32,000 bases of DNA from Kineococcus radiotolerans SRS30216 = ATCC BAA-149 (GCF_000017305.1 NC_009664.2:1560001-1592000), one strand, 5' to 3'. Shown: positions 17,474 to 28,472, numbered from the stretch's first letter. Numbers and translations: made by a program. Notes: generated by a model from the letters alone, not told the origin.

Positions 17474-18771
17474 CGCAAGAACCCTTCGTAGTTTCGCTGC
17501 TGGAGCTGGGACTCGATCTGCTTCACCGTCTCGAGCCCCACCCCGACGATGATCAGGATCGACGTGCCCCCGAAGGGGAAGTTCGTGTTGGCATTGAAGA
17601 GCACGAACGCGATGAGCGGAAGCAGCGAGATGAGCCCCAGGTACAGCGATCCTGGCAGGGTGATGCGGGTGAGGATGTAGTCGAGGTACTCGGCGGTGGG
17701 CCGTCCGGCGCGCACGCCAGGGATGAACCCGCCGTACTTGCGCATGTTCTCCGCGACCTCGTCCGGGTTGAACGTGATCGCCACGTAGAAGTACGCGAAG
17801 AAGATGATGAGCAGGAAGTAACCGACCATGTAGATCGGGTGGTCGCCACGCACCAGGTGGTCGTTGATCCAGACCACCCAGGCCTCGTTGGGGTCGCTGA
17901 ACTGGGCCACCAGCGCCGGCAGGTAGAGCAGGGACGAGGCGAAGATCACCGGGATGACCCCGGCCATGTTGACCTTGAGCGGGATGTACGTCGAGGTGCC
18001 GCCGTACATGCGCCGGCCGATCATCCGTTTGGCGTACTGCACCGGCACCCGGCGCTGGGACTGCTCGACGGCCACGACGGCGGCGACGACGAAGAGGCCG
18101 ACCAGCAGGATGCCGGCGAAGGTCAGCCAGCCGTTCTCCTGGCCGATGGCCCACAGCGAGGTCGGGAAGCCCGCGGCGATCTGGGCGAAGATCAGCAGGG
18201 ACATGCCGTTGCCGATGCCGCGCTCGGTGACGAGCTCGCCCATCCACATGATCAGGCCGGTCCCCGCGGTCATGGTGAGGACCATGAGGACGATGGTCTG
18301 GATGCTCTGGTCGGGCAGCACGGGGGCGTTGCAGGCGGTGCCGAAGAGGCGCGAGGGGTCGCGGGCGATCGTCACGTAGGTCGTCGACTGCAGGACGGCC
18401 AGGCCGATCGTCAGGTACCGCGTGTACTGGGTCAGCTTGGTCGTGCCCTGCTGACCCTCCTTCTTGAGGGCCTCGAAGCGCGGGATGACCACGGTGAGCA
18501 GCTGGACGATGATGCTCGCGGTGATGTACGGCATGATCCCGAGCGCGAAGATGCTCAGCTGCAGCAGCGCCCCGCCGGAGAAGAGGTTCACCAGCCCCAG
18601 CAGGTCGTTGCCCGTCTGCGCGAGGTCGATGCACTGCTGCACGGCCGGGTACGAGACGCCGGGCGCCGGCACGAACGACCCCAGGCGCACCAGGACGATG
18701 ATCCCGAGCGTGAAGAGCAGCTTGCGGCGCAGGTCGGGCGTCCGGAAGGCGCGACCGATTGCGGTGAGCAC
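17470..18771 (-). CDS. secY: preprotein translocase subunit SecY
   Basis: (V)LTAIGRAFRTPDLRRKLLFTLGIIVLVRLGS followed by a multi-helix hydrophobic body. The start was trimmed to GTG 18771, with GGAGG 5 nt upstream. Confidence 0.95.
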   Translation of the reverse strand: MLTAIGRAFRTPDLRRKLLFTLGIIVLVRLGSFVPAPGVSYPAVQQCIDLAQTGNDLLGLVNLFSGGALLQLSIFALGIMPYITASIIVQLLTVVIPRFEALKKEGQQGTTKLTQYTRYLTIGLAVLQSTTYVTIARDPSRLFGTACNAPVLPDQSIQTIVLMVLTMTAGTGLIMWMGELVTERGIGNGMSLLIFAQIAAGFPTSLWAIGQENGWLTFAGILLVGLFVVAAVVAVEQSQRRVPVQYAKRMIGRRMYGGTSTYIPLKVNMAGVIPVIFASSLLYLPALVAQFSDPNEAWVVWINDHLVRGDHPIYMVGYFLLIIFFAYFYVAITFNPDEVAENMRKYGGFIPGVRAGRPTAEYLDYILTRITLPGSLYLGLISLLPLIAFVLFNANTNFPFGGTSILIIVGVGLETVKQIESQLQQRNYEGFLR

Positions 18772-18897
18772 TACTACCTCCTGCACCGCACTCCCCCGCA
18801 CGGGCGGGTGGCGCGGGGTTGGTCACTGACAGATCGGACAGGTGGGCCGAACGGGCGGGCACGGAGCCCCCCCAGACCTTACCGCTCCGCAAACGCG

Positions 18898-18940
18898 CAC
18901 GCGGCGGTAGCGGACGATCACTCGTCGCTACCGCCGCGTG
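18898..18940 (-). terminator. 19-bp stem-loop (one bulge) between rplO and secY (attenuator/processing-site candidate)
   Basis: CAC-GCGGCGGTAGCG-(G)-ACGA / tetraloop / TCGT-CGCTACCGCCGC-GTG. The mRNA continues CGCGUUUG. Confidence 0.4.
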
Positions 18941-18959
18941 GGCTGGTCGTGCACTGCGC

Positions 18960-19418
18960 TCAGCGGACCGTGGTGGTCCCGCCGGCCGCAGCGATCTTCT
19001 CGGCCGCCGAGGTCGAGAACTTGTCGGCCGTCACCTGCAGGGCCACCGAGATCTCCCCGGTGCCCAGGACCTTGACGAGCTGGCCCTTGCGGACCGCGCC
19101 CTTGGCCACGAGCTCGTCGACACCGACGGTGCCGCCCTCGGGGAAGAGGGAGCCGAGCTTGTCGAGGTTGACGACCTGGTACTCGACGCGGAACGGGTTC
19201 TTGAACCCGCGCAGCTTCGGCAGGCGCATGTGCAGCGGCATCTGGCCGCCCTCGAACGCCTCGGGCACCTGGTAGCGGGCCTTGGAGCCCTTGGTGCCGC
19301 GACCGGCGGTCTTGCCCTTGCTGCCCTCACCGCGACCCACGCGGGTCTTGGCGGTGTTGGAGCCCGGGGCGGGGCGGAGGTGGTGCAGCTTCAGGACGTG
19401 CTCACCCTGGTTGGCCAT
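18960..19418 (-). CDS. rplO: 50S ribosomal protein L15
   Basis: 152 aa with [36 protein letters not shown]. Confidence 0.95.
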   Translation of the reverse strand: MANQGEHVLKLHHLRPAPGSNTAKTRVGRGEGSKGKTAGRGTKGSKARYQVPEAFEGGQMPLHMRLPKLRGFKNPFRVEYQVVNLDKLGSLFPEGGTVGVDELVAKGAVRKGQLVKVLGTGEISVALQVTADKFSTSAAEKIAAAGGTTTVR

Positions 19419-19600
19419 CAGTCGACCTCCTCCACGGTCACGAGGTGCGACACGGTGTTCACCATGCCGCGGAACTCGGGCTTGTCGTCCTTGACGACCG
19501 ACTGCCCGATCTTGTGCAGCCCGAGGCTGCGGAGCGTCTCGCGCTGGTTCTGCTTGCGACCGATGCCCGAGTTGATCTGGGTCACCTTCAGGCGCGCCAT
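19418..19600 (-). CDS. rpmD: 50S ribosomal protein L30
   Basis: [36 protein letters not shown]... (60 aa). TGATG overlaps occur at both ends. Confidence 0.93.
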   Translation of the reverse strand: MARLKVTQINSGIGRKQNQRETLRSLGLHKIGQSVVKDDKPEFRGMVNTVSHLVTVEEVD

Positions 19601-20256
19601 CAGGCGGTCACCCCCGCGGCCTGGGCGCGCAGCAGCGCGACCGGGGCGACGTGCTCGACCGGCAGACCACGGCGCGCCGCCACCTGCTCGGGACGCTCGA
19701 GGCCGCGCAGGGCCTCGATCGTCGCGTGCACGATGTTGATCGCGTTGTCGCTGCCGAGGGACTTCGACAGGACGTCGTGGATGCCGGCGCACTCGAGCAC
19801 CGCGCGGACGGGACCACCGGCGATGACGCCGGTACCCGGGGAGGCCGGGCGCAGCATGACCACGCCGGCCGCCTTCTCACCCTGGATGGGGTGCGGGATG
19901 GTGCCCTGGATGCGGGGCACGCGGAAGAAGTTCTTCTTGGCCTCCTCGACGCCCTTGGCGATCGCCGCGGGCACCTCCTTGGCCTTGCCGTAGCCGACAC
20001 CGACGGTGCCGTCGCCGTCACCCACGACCACGAGGGCCGTGAAGCTGAAGCGACGGCCGCCCTTGACGACCTTGGCGACGCGGTTGATGGTCACGACGCG
20101 CTCGACGAAGTTGCTGCGGTCGCCCGCGTCGCCCCGTCCGCGGTCGCGGCCGCCACCGTTGTTGTCGCGGCGTCCGCGGTTGTCGCCGCCGCCGCCACGG
20201 TTGTCGCCGCCGGCCGCACCGGTGCCGCCGGCGCCTCGGCGCTGGGGTCCAGGCAT
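19600..20256 (-). CDS. rpsE: 30S ribosomal protein S5
   Basis: 218 aa. The core is [29 protein letters not shown], preceded by an N-terminal extension rich in G, R, D and N. Confidence 0.95.
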   Translation of the reverse strand: MPGPQRRGAGGTGAAGGDNRGGGGDNRGRRDNNGGGRDRGRGDAGDRSNFVERVVTINRVAKVVKGGRRFSFTALVVVGDGDGTVGVGYGKAKEVPAAIAKGVEEAKKNFFRVPRIQGTIPHPIQGEKAAGVVMLRPASPGTGVIAGGPVRAVLECAGIHDVLSKSLGSDNAINIVHATIEALRGLERPEQVAARRGLPVEHVAPVALLRAQAAGVTA

Positions 20257-20287
20257 CAGACGTTCCTCATCTCTTCGAGTGCTCGGG

Positions 20288-20671
20288 TCACAGGGCCAGC
20301 CCGGCTTCCCGGGCGCCGTCGGCGATGGCCGCGACGCGACCCGCGTACCGGTTGCCGCCGCGGTCGAAGACCACGGCGTCGATGCCGGCCGCCTTGGCGC
20401 GCTCGCCGACGAGGACGCCGACGGCCTTGGCCTTGGCCGACTTGTCGTCGCCGCTCGCGCGCAGGTCCGCCTCCATGGTCGAGGCTGACGCGAGGGTGTG
20501 ACCCGCCGCGTCGTCGATGACCTGGACGAAGACGTGCCGGGTGGACCGGGTGACGACGAGACGCGGGCGCACAGCGGTGCCCACGACCTTCTTGCGCACG
20601 CGGGTGTGACGACGCTTGAGCGACGCCGCCTTGCCCTTCGTGGTGCGCTGGGTGGAGAGAGCCATCGTCAC
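20288..20671 (-). CDS. rplR: 50S ribosomal protein L18
   Basis: 127 aa with [20 protein letters not shown]...[29 protein letters not shown] 20671 forms a GTGA overlap with the rplF stop (alternative ATG at 20665). Confidence 0.93.
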
Positions 20672-21207
20672 TTACCAGCCTTTCCGACCTTGCGGCGGAT
20701 CTGCTCGCCGGCGTACCGAACGCCCTTGCCCTTGTACGGGTCGGGCTTGCGCAGCTTGCGGATGTTGGCGGCGATCTCGCCGACCTGCTGCTTGTCGATG
20801 CCGGCGACCGAGAAGCGCGTGTTGTTCTCGACGGCGAACGTGATGCCGGCCGGGGCCTTCACCACGACGGGGTGGCTGAAGCCGAGGGCGAACTCGAGGT
20901 CCGAGCCCTTCGGCGTCACGCGGTACCCGGTACCGACGATCTCGAGCTTCTTCTCGTAGCCCTTGGTCACACCCTCGACCATGTTCGAGATGAGGGTGCG
21001 GGTCAGCCCGTGCAGCGAGCGCGAGACGCGCTCGTCGTCGGGCCGGGTCACCTGCAGCGTGCCGTCCTCCGTGCGTTCCACGGAGATCGGGGCGGCCACG
21101 GTGTGGCTGAGCTCGCCCTTGGGGCCCTTGACCGTGACGGCTGCGCCGTCGATGGTCACGTCCACGCCCGCGGGGACGGTGATCGGGAGTCGACCGATGC
21201 GCGACAT
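20668..21207 (-). CDS. rplF: 50S ribosomal protein L6
   Basis: [21 protein letters not shown]. The start was trimmed to ATG 21207, with GGAGGAGGA upstream. Confidence 0.95.
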
Positions 21208-21220
21208 GAGTCCTCCTCCC

Positions 21221-21619
21221 TCACCAGACGTAGGCGAGGACTTCCCCACCCACGCCCTTCTTGTTGGCCTGCTTGTCGGTCAGCAGCCCCGAGGACGTGG
21301 ACAGGATCGCCACGCCGAGGCCACCGAGGACGCGGGGCAGGTTGGTCGACTTCGCGTACACCCGCAGACCGGGCTTGCTGACCCGGCGCAGGCCGGCGAT
21401 CGCACGCTCGCGGTTGGGGCCGAACTTCAGGTCCAGCGTGAGCTTCTTGCCGACCTCAGCGTCCTCGACCGTCCAGGAGGTGATGTAGCCCTCGGCCTGG
21501 AGGATCTCGGCGATGTGCGACTTCAGCTTGCTGTACGGCATGGAGACGGTGTCGTGGTACGCCGAGTTGGCGTTCCGCAGACGCGTCAGCATGTCCGCGA
21601 TGGGGTCGGTCATCGTCAT
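21221..21619 (-). CDS. rpsH: 30S ribosomal protein S8
   Basis: [25 protein letters not shown] (132 aa). Confidence 0.95.
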   Translation of the reverse strand: MTMTDPIADMLTRLRNANSAYHDTVSMPYSKLKSHIAEILQAEGYITSWTVEDAEVGKKLTLDLKFGPNRERAIAGLRRVSKPGLRVYAKSTNLPRVLGGLGVAILSTSSGLLTDKQANKKGVGGEVLAYVW

Positions 21620-21725
21620 CGGGCTCGTCCGCCCTTCCTCACCGGGGTTTCCGGTCCGCAGGGCGCGGTCCGGACCTTCGGCGTCGTCGAAATGATGTCA
21701 GAAGTCACCAGCAGCTCGATGCCAC

Positions 21726-21911
21726 TCACCAGCTGCTCTTGGTCACGCCGGGCAGCTCGCCGGCGTGAGCCATCTCGCGAACGCAGATGCGGCAGAGGCC
21801 GAACTTGCGGAACACGGCGTGCGGGCGCCCGCAGCGCTGGCAGCGGGTGTAACCCCGCACCTTGAACTTCGGCTTGCGCGCGGCCTTGGTGATCAGAGCG
21901 GTCTTCGCCAC
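21726..21911 (-). CDS. rpsN: 30S ribosomal protein S14, short zinc-binding (type Z) form
   Basis: 61 aa with [20 protein letters not shown] (two CxxC pairs), ending KSSW. GTG start. Confidence 0.93.
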   Translation of the reverse strand: MAKTALITKAARKPKFKVRGYTRCQRCGRPHAVFRKFGLCRICVREMAHAGELPGVTKSSW

Positions 21912-21913
21912 GG

Positions 21914-22483
21914 TCAGTTCTCCTTGAACGGGAAGCCCAGGGCACGCAGCAGCGCACGGCCTTCATCGTCGGTCGTCGCCGTCGTCACGACCGTGATGTC
22001 CATGCCGCGGACGCGGTCGATCTTGTCCTGGTCGATCTCGTGGAACATCGACTGCTCGTTGAGACCGAAGGTGTAGTTGCCGTTGCCGTCGAACTGCTTC
22101 GGCGACAGACCGCGGAAGTCGCGGATGCGCGGGAGCGCCAGCGACAGCAGCCGGTCCAGGAACTCCCACATGCGGTCGCCCCGCAGCGTGGTGTGGCAGC
22201 CGATCGGCATGCCCTCGCGCAGCTTGAACTGGGCGATGGACTTGCGGGCCTTGGTGATCTGCGGCTTCTGACCGGTGATGGCCGTGAGGTCGCGGACCGC
22301 GCCGTCGATGAGCTTGGAGTCGCGAGCGGCCTCGCCGACACCCATGTTCACCACGACCTTGGTCAGGCCGGGGATCTGCATGACGTTGCCGTAGGAGAAC
22401 TGCTCGTGCAGCTGACCCTTGATCTCGTCGCGGTAGCGCTGCTTCAGACGCGGCAACGCACGGGCTTCAGTCGTGGTGGTCAT
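21914..22483 (-). CDS. rplE: 50S ribosomal protein L5
   Basis: 189 aa with [11 protein letters not shown]...[10 protein letters not shown]...GFPFKEN. Confidence 0.95.
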   Translation of the reverse strand: MTTTTEARALPRLKQRYRDEIKGQLHEQFSYGNVMQIPGLTKVVVNMGVGEAARDSKLIDGAVRDLTAITGQKPQITKARKSIAQFKLREGMPIGCHTTLRGDRMWEFLDRLLSLALPRIRDFRGLSPKQFDGNGNYTFGLNEQSMFHEIDQDKIDRVRGMDITVVTTATTDDEGRALLRALGFPFKEN

Positions 22484-22854
22484 CAGATGTCCTTGCCGGA
22501 ACGCTTGGCGACGCGGATGCGGTTGGTCTTGGTGCGACCGTCGCGCTCGACCTGCTCCGTGCGGATGCCCACGCGGGTCGGCTTCTTGGTCTCCGGGTCG
22601 ACGAGCTGCACGTTGCTGATGTGGATGGGGGCCTCGCGCTCGACGATGCCGCCCTCCACCCCCGGACGGGCCTTGGTGTGCCGCTTGATGCGGTTGACGC
22701 CCTCGACGAGGACGCGGTCGGTCTCGGCGATGACCTCGAGCACCTTGCCCTGCTTGCCGAGGTCGGACGTCTTGGTCCCGTCCGCGTTGCGACGACCGCG
22801 GACGCGGGTGATGACCTGGACCAGGTCACCCTTCTTGATGCGGGTCTTCCCCAT
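22483..22854 (-). CDS. rplX: 50S ribosomal protein L24
   Basis: 123 aa with [10 protein letters not shown]...GKVLEV (KOW motif). TGATG overlap with the rplE start. Confidence 0.93.
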   Translation of the reverse strand: MGKTRIKKGDLVQVITRVRGRRNADGTKTSDLGKQGKVLEVIAETDRVLVEGVNRIKRHTKARPGVEGGIVEREAPIHISNVQLVDPETKKPTRVGIRTEQVERDGRTKTNRIRVAKRSGKDI

Positions 22855-22856
22855 GG

Positions 22857-23225
22857 TCAGAGCACCTCCGGAGCCAGCGAGATGATGCGCATGAACTTCT
22901 TCTCGCGCAGTTCACGACCGACGGGCCCGAAGATGCGGGTACCGCGCGGGTCGCCGTCGGCACGGAGGATCACCGCGGCGTTCTCGTCGAATCGGATGTA
23001 GGAACCGTCGGCGCGCCGACGCTCCTTCTTCGTGCGGACGATGACGGCCTTGACCACGTCGCCCTTCTTGACGTTCCCACCGGGGATGGCGTCCTTGACC
23101 GTGGCCACGATCACGTCACCGATGCCGGCGTAGCGGCGGCCGGAGCCGCCGAGCACGCGGATGCACAAGATCTCCTTGGCACCCGTGTTGTCGGCGACCT
23201 TGAGCCGCGACTCCTGCTGGATCAC
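22857..23225 (-). CDS. rplN: 50S ribosomal protein L14
   Basis: [28 protein letters not shown] (122 aa). AAGGAG lies 7 nt upstream of the GTG start. Confidence 0.97.
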   Translation of the reverse strand: MIQQESRLKVADNTGAKEILCIRVLGGSGRRYAGIGDVIVATVKDAIPGGNVKKGDVVKAVIVRTKKERRRADGSYIRFDENAAVILRADGDPRGTRIFGPVGRELREKKFMRIISLAPEVL

Positions 23226-23359
23226 TCTCTACTCCTTCGTCGCGCCGGTTCTCGACCAACCGCTGAGGTGGCGAGCCTGGCCGAACGGACATGGAATCTG
23301 GGGGTGGGCCGCGATGGCGACCCACCCGACGTCAGTCGCTGCGCGCGGACGCGCACGAA

Positions 23360-23644
23360 TCACTTCGCGCGTTCGAGCACCTCGACGACGCGCCAGCGCT
23401 TGGTCGCCGACAGCGGACGGGTCTCGGCGATGAGGACGAGGTCGCCCACACCGGCCGTCTCGACCTCGTCGTGCGCCTTGACCTTGGTGGTGCGGCGGAT
23501 GACCTTCGCGTAGAGCGGGTGCTTCACGCGGTCCTCGACCTCGACCACCACGGTCTTCTGCATCTTGTCGCTGACGACGTACCCGCGGCGCGTCTTGCGG
23601 TCGCCGCGATCGGTGGTGCTGGCGGCGCTGGTCTGCTCGCTCAC
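23360..23644 (-). CDS. rpsQ: 30S ribosomal protein S17
   Basis: 94 aa with [37 protein letters not shown] overlap with the rpmC stop. Confidence 0.95.
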   Translation of the reverse strand: MSEQTSAASTTDRGDRKTRRGYVVSDKMQKTVVVEVEDRVKHPLYAKVIRRTTKVKAHDEVETAGVGDLVLIAETRPLSATKRWRVVEVLERAK

Positions 23645-23889
23645 TCGGCAGCCTCCTTCGTGATCGGCGCCTCGGTGATGCCGAGCTCGCGCTCGCGCAT
23701 CGTCGTGTAGATGCGGGAGATGTCCCGCTTCACGGCCTTCAGCCGGGAGTTGTTCTCCAGCTGACCGGTCGCGGACTGGAAGCGCAGGTTGAACAGCTCT
23801 TCCTTCGCCTTCTTCAGCTCATCGACCAGCTTGGCGTCGGCGAACTCACGCAGCTCGTCGGCGCTCAGGCCCTTGGTCCCGACGGCCAT
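23641..23889 (-). CDS. rpmC: 50S ribosomal protein L29
   Basis: [35 protein letters not shown] 23889 forms a TGATG overlap with the rplP stop. GTG 23892 is the alternative start. Confidence 0.9.
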   Translation of the reverse strand: MAVGTKGLSADELREFADAKLVDELKKAKEELFNLRFQSATGQLENNSRLKAVKRDISRIYTTMRERELGITEAPITKEAAE

Positions 23890-24305
23890 CACTCACCACC
23901 CTCGCGGCGCACGATCTTGCACTTGACCGGAAGCTTGTGGATGGCGCGGGTCAGCGCCTCCGTGGCGATCTTCTCGGTGGGGAAGGACAGCTCGAACATG
24001 ACGCGTCCGGGCTTGATGTTCGCGATCCACCACTCCGGCGAGCCCTTGCCGGAACCCATGCGGGTCTCGGCGGGCTTCTTCGTCAGCGGCCGGTCCGGGT
24101 AGATGTTGATCCAGACCTTGCCGCCACGACGGATGTGGCGGGTGATGGCGATACGAGCGGACTCGATCTGCCGGTTGGTGACGTAGCCGCCTTCGACGGC
24201 CATGATGCCGTAGTCGCCGAAGGTGACCCGGGTGCCGCCGGAAGCCGCTCCACGCCGCGTGGGGTGGTGCTGCTTGCGGTGCTTGACTCGCCGTGGGATG
24301 AGCAC
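23889..24305 (-). CDS. rplP: 50S ribosomal protein L16
   Basis: [19 protein letters not shown]... (138 aa). GTG start. Confidence 0.97.
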   Translation of the reverse strand: MLIPRRVKHRKQHHPTRRGAASGGTRVTFGDYGIMAVEGGYVTNRQIESARIAITRHIRRGGKVWINIYPDRPLTKKPAETRMGSGKGSPEWWIANIKPGRVMFELSFPTEKIATEALTRAIHKLPVKCKIVRREGGE

Positions 24306-24308
24306 GAC

Positions 24309-25157
24309 TCAGGCCTCCGTTCCGTTGGAACCCTTGCCGATGACCGGCTCGGTCGCCGCGGTGCCGGTCGGGGCGCTGCCGGTGGCAACGGCCTCGGCGA
24401 CGGGCGCGGTGGTGTCCTGGGCAGGACGGGTGCGACGCGCACCGCGGTCGGGGCGGTCGCCGCGCTCGTTGCGACGCGGGGCGCGCGGGGCGGCGGCCTG
24501 CGACTGGGCGAGCTCACGGCTGGTGATGTCGCCGTGGTAGATCCAGACCTTCACGCCGATGCGGCCGAAGGTCGTGCGGGCCTCGTAGAACCCGTAGTCG
24601 ATGTTCGCGCGCAGGGTGTGCAGCGGCACACGGCCTTCGCGGTAGAACTCCGAACGGCTCATCTCGGCGCCGCCGAGACGGCCGGCGCACTGCACCCGGA
24701 TGCCCTTGGCCCCGGAGCGCATCGTCGTCTGCATCCCCTTGCGCATGGCGCGGCGGAACGAGACGCGGCTGGCGAGCTGCTCGGCGACACCCTGCGCGAC
24801 GAGCTGGGCGTCCACCTCGGGGTTCTTGACCTCGAGGATGTTCAGCTGCACCTGCTTGCCGGTGAGCTTCTCGAGCTCGGTGCGGATGCGGTCGGCCTCC
24901 GCGCCGCGACGGCCGATGACGATGCCCGGCCGGGCGGTGTGGATGTCGACGCGCACGCGGTCACGGGTGCGCTCGATCTCCACCTTGGAGATGCCGGCCC
25001 GCTCCATGCCCTTGGACATGAGCCTGCGGATCGCGACGTCCTCCTTGACGTAGTCGGCGTAGCGCTGACCAGTCTTGGTGGAGTCGGCGAACCACCGGCT
25101 GCGGTGGTCGGTGGTGATGCCCAGTCGGAACCCGAACGGGTTGACCTTCTGTCCCAT
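24309..25157 (-). CDS. rpsC: 30S ribosomal protein S3
   Basis: [24 protein letters not shown] (282 aa), with a basic, Ala/Pro-rich C-terminal extension. Confidence 0.97.
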   Translation of the reverse strand: MGQKVNPFGFRLGITTDHRSRWFADSTKTGQRYADYVKEDVAIRRLMSKGMERAGISKVEIERTRDRVRVDIHTARPGIVIGRRGAEADRIRTELEKLTGKQVQLNILEVKNPEVDAQLVAQGVAEQLASRVSFRRAMRKGMQTTMRSGAKGIRVQCAGRLGGAEMSRSEFYREGRVPLHTLRANIDYGFYEARTTFGRIGVKVWIYHGDITSRELAQSQAAAPRAPRRNERGDRPDRGARRTRPAQDTTAPVAEAVATGSAPTGTAATEPVIGKGSNGTEA

Positions 25158-25537
25158 CAGCGGGTCCTCCTCGTCTTCTTGGCGCCCTTGACGGCCGGGG
25201 CGACGACCACGGTGATGTGGCTCGTGCGCTTCAAGATGCGCCCCGCGCGCCCTTGGGCACGGGGACGGAAGCGCTTCATCGTCGGACCTTCGTCCACGTG
25301 GATCGCCTTGACGACGTACTCGGCCGGGTCGAAGGCCTCGGAGTGCTTGTCCGCGTGGAACTTCGCGTTCGCCATGGCGCTCTCGACGAGCTTGCGAACG
25401 GGCTCGGCCGCCGACTGCGGGGCGAACGAGAGCACTGCGACGGCCTCAGTGGCCTGCTTGCCCCGGACGAGGTCGACGACTCGGCGCGCCTTCTGGGGCG
25501 TGACGCGGAGGTACCGCGTCTGCGCCTTGGCTTCCAT
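25157..25537 (-). CDS. rplV: 50S ribosomal protein L22
   Basis: 126 aa with [19 protein letters not shown]...[24 protein letters not shown]. Confidence 0.95.
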
Positions 25538-25592
25538 CCCTGTCCTGCTTCCTGGTTTCGGTCTCTGAAGGTTGAGTCGCTGAGCGGGTGGC

Positions 25593-25874
25593 TCAGCGGC
25601 GACGACCCTTGCGGTCGTCCTTCTCGTGGCCCTTGAACGTGCGCGTGGGCGCGAACTCGCCGAGCTTGTGCCCCACCATCGACTCCGTGACGAAGACGGG
25701 GGTGTGCTTGCGGCCGTCGTGCACCGCGAACGTGTGACCCAGGAAGTCCGGCGTGACGACCGAACGGCGGGACCAGGTCCGGATGACGTTGTGCGTACCG
25801 GCCTCGTTCTGAGCGTCCACCTTCTTCTGCAGGTGGTCGTCGACGAACGGGCCCTTCTTCAAGCTGCGAGGCAT
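25593..25874 (-). CDS. rpsS: 30S ribosomal protein S19
   Basis: [19 protein letters not shown]...[32 protein letters not shown] (93 aa). Confidence 0.97.
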
Positions 25875-25889
25875 GGCCTGAACTCCCTA

Positions 25890-26726
25890 TCAGCGCTTCT
25901 TGCCGGTGCGGCGGCGACGGACGATGAGCTTGTCGCTCTCCTTGCCCGGACGCCGCGTACGGCCTTCAGGCTGACCCCAGGGGCTGACGGGGTGACGACC
26001 ACCGGAGGTCTTCCCCTCACCACCACCGTGCGGGTGGTCGATCGGGTTCATGGCGACACCGCGGACGGTCGGGCGCTTGCCCTTCCAGCGCATGCGGCCG
26101 GCCTTGCCCCAGTTGATGTTCGACTGCTCGGCGTTGCCGACCTCGCCGATCGTGGCGCGGCAGCGCACGTCGACGTTGCGGATCTCGCCCGACGGCATGC
26201 GCAGCTGGGCGAAGCGGCCCTCGCGGGCGACGAGCTGGACGCTGGCCCCGGCGGAGCGGGCGATCTTGGCACCGCCACCGGGACGGATCTCGATGGCGTG
26301 GATCACCGTGCCGACGGGGATGTTGCGCAGCGGCAGGTTGTTGCCCGGCTTGATGTCGGCCTCGGGGCCGTTCTCGATCCGGTCGCCCTGCTTCAGCTTC
26401 GCCGGCGCGATGATGTAGCGCTTCTCGCCGTCCACGTAGTGCAGCAGCGCGATGCGCGCGGTGCGGTTCGGGTCGTACTCGATGTGCGCGACCTTGGCCG
26501 GCACGCCGTCCTTGTCGTGACGACGGAAGTCGATCAGACGGTAAGCGCGCTTGTGGCCACCACCGATGTGACGGGTGGTGATGCGACCGGACGAGTTGCG
26601 GCCACCGGTCTTGGACAGCGGACGGACGAGCGACTTCTCAGGCTCGCTCCGCGTGATCTCGACGAAGTCGGCGACGGACGAGCCGCGGCGGCCCGGCGTC
26701 GTCGGCTTGTACTTGCGGATTCCCAT
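25890..26726 (-). CDS. rplB: 50S ribosomal protein L2
   Basis: [18 protein letters not shown]...[12 protein letters not shown] (278 aa). Confidence 0.97.
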   Translation of the reverse strand: MGIRKYKPTTPGRRGSSVADFVEITRSEPEKSLVRPLSKTGGRNSSGRITTRHIGGGHKRAYRLIDFRRHDKDGVPAKVAHIEYDPNRTARIALLHYVDGEKRYIIAPAKLKQGDRIENGPEADIKPGNNLPLRNIPVGTVIHAIEIRPGGGAKIARSAGASVQLVAREGRFAQLRMPSGEIRNVDVRCRATIGEVGNAEQSNINWGKAGRMRWKGKRPTVRGVAMNPIDHPHGGGEGKTSGGRHPVSPWGQPEGRTRRPGKESDKLIVRRRRTGKKR

Positions 26727-26782
26727 TGCAGCGTTTCCTCGGGTTCGAAGGTTGTCTACGGCAGTCGTGCGAGCCCTGGGGC

Positions 26783-27094
26783 TCAGGCGACCGCGCCGCC
26801 GAAGATGTCGATCGTGCCCTCGCGCAACGTCACGATGGCCCGCTTGGTGTCCTTGCGCTTACCCGTGCCGTACCGGGTGCGACGGCTCTTGCCCTGCCGG
26901 TTCGCGGTGTTCACCGACGAGACCTTGACGCCGAAGACGCTCTCGACCGCGACCTTGATCTCGGTCTTGTTCGCCCTCGGGTCCACGAGGAACGTGTACT
27001 TCCCCTCGTCGATGAGCGCGTAGCTCTTCTCCGAGACGACCGGCGCGAGCAGGATGTCGCGCGGGTCCTTCTGGGTTCCACCGATCGCACTCAC
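26783..27094 (-). CDS. rplW: 50S ribosomal protein L23
   Basis: 103 aa with [13 protein letters not shown]...[20 protein letters not shown] overlap with the rplD stop. Confidence 0.95.
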   Translation of the reverse strand: MSAIGGTQKDPRDILLAPVVSEKSYALIDEGKYTFLVDPRANKTEIKVAVESVFGVKVSSVNTANRQGKSRRTRYGTGKRKDTKRAIVTLREGTIDIFGGAVA

Positions 27095-27795
27095 AGGGTG
27101 CTCCCTTCGGACTCGGCCGCCACCGCGGTCGCGCTGCGACCGGCCGGCGGACCCGCGACGAAGGCGTCGAGCGCCGCGCGGGTGAAGACGACGTCGTCGC
27201 TCTTCACGACGTCGTAGGTGTTCAGCTGGTCGGCCGGCAGGACGTGCACGTTGTCGAGGTTGCGCAGGGACTTCTGCGAGACGTCGTCGTCGCGGGTCAG
27301 GACGACCAGCACGTTCTTGCGGCCGGAGAGCGTCGCGATGAGCGCGCGAGCGGTCTTGGTCGAGGGGGTCTCCCCCGCGGCCAGGCCCTCGACGACGTGC
27401 AGACGCTCGTGACGCACCCGGTCGGAGAGGGCACCGCGCAGGGCGGCGGCCTTCATCTTCTTGGGGGTGCGCTGGGAGTAGTCGCGCGGCTTGGGGCCGT
27501 GCACGATGCCACCACCGGTGAACTGCGGGGCGCGCAGCGAGCCCTGACGGGCGCGGCCGGTGCCCTTCTGCTTGTACGGCTTCTTGCCGCCACCGCGGAC
27601 CTCGCCCCGACGCTTGGTCGAGTGGGTGCCCTGGCGGGCCGCGGCGAGCTGCGCGGTCACGACCTGGTGGATCAGCGAGATGTTCGCCTGGCGACCGAAG
27701 TCCTTGGCGGGCAGCTCCACGGTGCCGTTGCTGCCGCCGTCGGCGGTCCGCAGCGGGACGGTGATGGCCTCGGTGGTCTGAGTCGTCTCAGTCAT
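27091..27795 (-). CDS. rplD: 50S ribosomal protein L4
   Basis: 234 aa with [35 protein letters not shown]. Confidence 0.95.
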   Translation of the reverse strand: MTETTQTTEAITVPLRTADGGSNGTVELPAKDFGRQANISLIHQVVTAQLAAARQGTHSTKRRGEVRGGGKKPYKQKGTGRARQGSLRAPQFTGGGIVHGPKPRDYSQRTPKKMKAAALRGALSDRVRHERLHVVEGLAAGETPSTKTARALIATLSGRKNVLVVLTRDDDVSQKSLRNLDNVHVLPADQLNTYDVVKSDDVVFTRAALDAFVAGPPAGRSATAVAAESEGSTL

Positions 27796-27799
27796 GTGC

Positions 27800-28459
27800 T
27801 CAGGCCTCCTTCACGCGCGCCTTGGAGGCGCTCTTGACGAGCACGAGGCCGCCGCGGGGACCGGGGATCGCGCCCGTGATGAGCAGCAGGCCCTTCTCCG
27901 CGTCGACCGCCTGCACGGTCAGGTTCTGGGTGGTCTGGCGAGCCGCACCCATGCGACCGGCCATCCGCATGCCCTTGAACACGCGACCCGGGGTGGCGCA
28001 GCCGCCGATCGACCCGGGCTTGCGGTGGTTGCGGTGCGCACCGTGGGAGGCGCCGACGCCGTGGAAGCCGTGACGCTTCATGACACCGGCGAAGCCCTTG
28101 CCCTTGGTGGTGCCGACCACGTCGACGGTCGCGCCGGTGGCGAAGGCCTCGGCGGTGACCTCCTGACCCAGGGAGTAGTCCGCGGCGTCGGTGGTGCGCA
28201 GCTCGACCAGGTGGCGACGCGGGGCGACGCCGGCCTTCTCGAAGTGCCCGGCAGCGGGCTTGGTGGCCTTGCGCTGCGCGATGGCCGTGGTGGCCAGCTG
28301 GACGGCCTCGTAGCCGTCAACGGTAGTGGTGCGGATCTGGGTGACGACGTTCGGCTCGACCTTGACGACGGTCACGGGGACGATGCGGTTGTCCGCGTCC
28401 CACAGCTGCGTCATGCCGAGCTTGGTGCCGAGCACCCCTCGCACTTGCCTGTCGCTCAT
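27800..28459 (-). CDS. rplC: 50S ribosomal protein L3
   Basis: 219 aa with [14 protein letters not shown]...[15 protein letters not shown]. Confidence 0.95.
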   Translation of the reverse strand: MSDRQVRGVLGTKLGMTQLWDADNRIVPVTVVKVEPNVVTQIRTTTVDGYEAVQLATTAIAQRKATKPAAGHFEKAGVAPRRHLVELRTTDAADYSLGQEVTAEAFATGATVDVVGTTKGKGFAGVMKRHGFHGVGASHGAHRNHRKPGSIGGCATPGRVFKGMRMAGRMGAARQTTQNLTVQAVDAEKGLLLITGAIPGPRGGLVLVKSASKARVKEA

Positions 28460-28472
28460 CGTGTGCAGTCCC

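Noticed and set aside
17474-18892. Upstream 470 codons of the 664-aa ORF that ends as adk
   Set aside because: The adk frame simply stays open across secY. The true adk start is the ATG at 17473, which forms an ATGA overlap with the secY stop and gives a normal 191-aa kinase.
23937-27023. 543-aa and 465-aa plus-strand ORFs antisense to rplP through rplW
   Set aside because: They are antisense shadows of ribosomal-protein genes with low-complexity translations and no motif support.
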